In this document: positions 61,618-64,000 of the stretch, in pieces
How positions within the stretch are numbered: the first letter of the stretch is position 1
How the letters are laid out: each line of letters starts with the position of its first letter
Source: Candidatus Helarchaeota archaeon
GTDB lineage: Archaea > Asgardarchaeota > Lokiarchaeia > Helarchaeales > RDOG01
Direction: 5' to 3'
Length of the DNA stretch: 64,000 nt
NCBI GenBank assembly: GCA_019058315.1
Contig: JAHPZH010000002.1
Span: forward strand, 448,001-512,000
Program-made: the position numbers and the translations under genes
Notes under the pieces: model-generated
What the model saw: the letters and a program-made list of their open reading frames with translations, nothing else
What the model was told of the DNA's origin: nothing
Database searches by the model: none

Positions 61618-61850
61618 TTAGTAATGCCAGGACCAAGACCAGAAAAAAGAATTATGTGATTGAATATAATCTTGGTTAGTAGCATTAAAAATAACATTAA
61701 AAATAAAAAAAGATGTAAAAAAACTAATAAAATTGCTTTTATCGTAGATAAAGTCCTCTCTTCTGAAATTTTTCTTCCTTATAAAAGTAAATTCCAGTCC
61801 AATTCTCAGTCCACCGATTATCGCTAATTATCACTATTAAATATTTAAAC
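61618..61850 (-). promoter_or_regulatory. trp operon promoter and leader with Trp-containing uORFs
   Basis: TTTAAATA TATA-like box (61842..61849), GGTGGA SD, mini-ORF MDWNLLL (61779..61802), and a stop-free frame ending FFWSWSWHY* (61618..61803). Confidence 0.55.
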
Positions 61851-62208
61851 GTTGTTATTTTTCTGAACACATCCAAAAAACATTTTTTCAAATTATGAAA
61901 TCAGAAAATTAACAATTTATAGAATACATTGAAGAATTTACACTTATTTATCTTGTTTTTAAAAATTCTTGTATTTTGGGTAATTTAGCAAGATTCTCAA
62001 CCCTTTTATTCGATAATCTAAAATTTTAAAACCAATAATTTAATATTTTCACTCAATAGCATGAATTCTATCATCTATATGAATTTTATTTATAGAGCAT
62101 AATCTCATTTCTCATTTCATATGTCGAAATTTTTAAAAAGAACTTCAGTTTATTTTCCAATTATAAAGTATTTTTCAATTTATTAAAAATGACGAAGGGA
62201 GTGATCTA

Positions 62209-64000
62209 TTGAAATGTAAATTAGGTAAATACTCAAGAGTATTAGTATGTATTATTTCAATATTGGTTTTTTCTTGTTTCATAACGAATAATATAGTAAT
62301 TCCGAATATTTATGGTAATAAAAATAGCCTAACTGAAATAGATAATCCGACTGATGTTTTACTCGAAATAGAAGAGGCAGAGCTCGGCTTTTATAATACA
62401 ACGGGATATGCACGGGCAGTAGCAGTCTCGGGAGATGTGGCATATGTTGCTGACGATACTCAAGGCTTGCGGTGTATTAATATAACCGATCCAACAAATC
62501 CCTCTGAAATTGGTTTTTATAATACCTCAGGTGGTGCATGGGATGTTGCAATCTCGGGAGATGTTGCATACGTTGCTGATGGTTATAACTTAAGCTGCAT
62601 TGATATAAGCGACCCTACCAACCCTTCTGAGATTGGTTTTTATGATAACCCAGGGGTGACATATGGAGTGGCAGTCTCAGGTGATGTGGCATATCTTGCA
62701 GATTGGGGTGCGTTACGATGTGTGAATATTTCCGACCCGACCAATCCCTTTCTAATAGGCTCCTGCATCTCCGTAAACGCATGGAGTGTAGCAGTTTCTG
62801 GAGACGTGGCATATGTTGCTGCTTATTCCCAAGGGTTACGATGTATAAATATTACTGATCCGACGAGTCCCTCTGAAATAGGTACTTACAATACGACAGG
62901 AATAGCACGGAGGTTGGCAGTCTCTGGAGATGTAGCATATATTGCTGATAGCATTCAAGGTTTGGTCTCTATTAATATTACTGACCCAGCCAACCCCTCC
63001 CTGTTAGGTTTCAATAACAGTTGGGGGAGTCCAACTCGCGCACTAGGGGTGGCAGTATCCGGAGACCTGGCATATGTTGCGGGTAGTATCTTTGGCTTGC
63101 AAGTTGTTAATATAAGTAATCCGACTAATCCCCTCCTAATAGATTCCTATCTAACCCCTGGACAAGAGTGGGATGTAGAAGTATCGGGAAGCGTGGCATA
63201 CGTTGCTGACAGGCACCAAGGCTTGCGGTGTATTAAAATAAGTGAACCTATCACCCCCTATGAAATCGGCAATTGTCTAACTTTAGGCATAGAAGCATTT
63301 AGCGTGGCAGTTTCGGGAGATGTGGCATATGTTGCCGTTGCTGGCGCTTCTAATGATGGATACTTGCGGTGTGTAAATATAAGCGACCCGACTAACCCCT
63401 CTGAAATCGGCTCCTATTATTTTTTTGGAGAGCCACGTGGCGTGGTAGTTTCGGGAGATGTTGCGTATATTGCCACTTATACTGGAATTTTTGTGTGTGT
63501 AAATATAAGCGACCCGACCAGCCCCTCTTTAATCTGCTCTTTTTTTATCGGGGGAAATTCATATGGCGTAGCAGTATCGGGGGATGTTGCGTATATTGCC
63601 ACTGATGAACCAGACTTGCGGTGTTTTGATATTAGCGACCCGACTAACCCCTCTGAAATCGGCTCTTATTCTACCTCCGATTATACATTTGACGTGGCAG
63701 TATCGGGAGATGTTGCGTATATTGCCGCTGGTTCTGAGGGCTTAGTGTGTGTAAATATAAGTGACCCGACTAACCCCTCTGAAATCGGCTCTTATTCATA
63801 CCCAATAACAAGCGTGGCAGTATCGGGAGATGTTGCATACGTTGCACCTTCGATTGGAGGCTTGCGGTGTGTAAATATTAGCGACCCGACCACCCCCTCT
63901 GAAATCGGCTCTTATTCTACCTCCGATTATACATATGACGTGGCAGTATCGGGAGATGTGGCATATATTGCCGCTAATGGAACCTTTCGGTGTATAAATA
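62209..64000 (+). CDS. LVIVD-repeat (beta-propeller) secreted/surface protein, 3' truncated by window edge
   Basis: GGGAGTGA SD and TTG start, N-terminal hydrophobic signal/TM, about 13 repeats of ~41-45 aa (VAVSGDVAYVA..GLRCINISDPTNPSEIG). Missing from the track because there is no stop in the window. Confidence 0.88.
   Translation, partial: MKCKLGKYSRVLVCIISILVFSCFITNNIVIPNIYGNKNSLTEIDNPTDVLLEIEEAELGFYNTTGYARAVAVSGDVAYVADDTQGLRCINITDPTNPSEIGFYNTSGGAWDVAISGDVAYVADGYNLSCIDISDPTNPSEIGFYDNPGVTYGVAVSGDVAYLADWGALRCVNISDPTNPFLIGSCISVNAWSVAVSGDVAYVAAYSQGLRCINITDPTSPSEIGTYNTTGIARRLAVSGDVAYIADSIQGLVSINITDPANPSLLGFNNSWGSPTRALGVAVSGDLAYVAGSIFGLQVVNISNPTNPLLIDSYLTPGQEWDVEVSGSVAYVADRHQGLRCIKISEPITPYEIGNCLTLGIEAFSVAVSGDVAYVAVAGASNDGYLRCVNISDPTNPSEIGSYYFFGEPRGVVVSGDVAYIATYTGIFVCVNISDPTSPSLICSFFIGGNSYGVAVSGDVAYIATDEPDLRCFDISDPTNPSEIGSYSTSDYTFDVAVSGDVAYIAAGSEGLVCVNISDPTNPSEIGSYSYPITSVAVSGDVAYVAPSIGGLRCVNISDPTTPSEIGSYSTSDYTYDVAVSGDVAYIAANGTFRCIN
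62380..64000 (+). repeat. Intragenic tandem repeat of ~120-135 bp (LVIVD units)
   Basis: Recurrent gtggcagtatcgggagatgttgc and gacccgactaacccctctgaaatcggctc; higher GC than the rest of the window. Confidence 0.85.

Noticed and set aside
62380-64000. Repeats as a CRISPR array; antisense ORF 62615..62812
   Set aside because: The repeats are degenerate, codon-phased and encode LVIVD units; the antisense ORF is a shadow.
1-64000. Mobile elements, prophage, defence systems, rRNA
   Set aside because: No transposase, integrase, capsid, Cas, restriction-modification or rRNA-like sequence was recognised.

Overview
AT-rich (about 30% GC by eye) chromosomal segment of an Asgard archaeon, probably Lokiarchaeia/Helarchaeales-like. 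The assignment rests on eL22, eL38, a Loki-type profilin, longin/roadblock proteins, a presenilin and NPRL2-like and Vps22-like winged-helix proteins. Most of the window is housekeeping and metabolism: HdrA-MvhD plus polyferredoxin, Cdc48, GGR, EF-1beta, MAP, RFC, TruD, Pth2, Hef, MetRS, CooC, LysW-type arg/lys genes and a complete trpDCFBAEG operon. It ends in a truncated LVIVD-repeat surface protein. Top finding: the HTH-CBS transcription-factor gene (51057..51659) is interrupted in its recognition helix by a 33-nt, stop-containing insert. The insert folds into a strict bulge-helix-bulge (BHB) motif, and cleavage at the canonical sites restores the reading frame exactly, so it is a candidate tRNA-type mRNA intron. 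Other notable items: a Trp-codon-rich leader with alternative RNA pairings before the trp operon, a tRNA-Val with a non-canonical D-loop intron, a profilin with a C-terminal fusion, an IFT52(GIFT)-TPR-roadblock cluster converging on a Vps22-like WH protein, a degenerate RFC pair, a strand-specific RNA hairpin after cdc48, and several small ORFs missed by the ORF track. All family calls come from motif recognition by eye; no searches were run.
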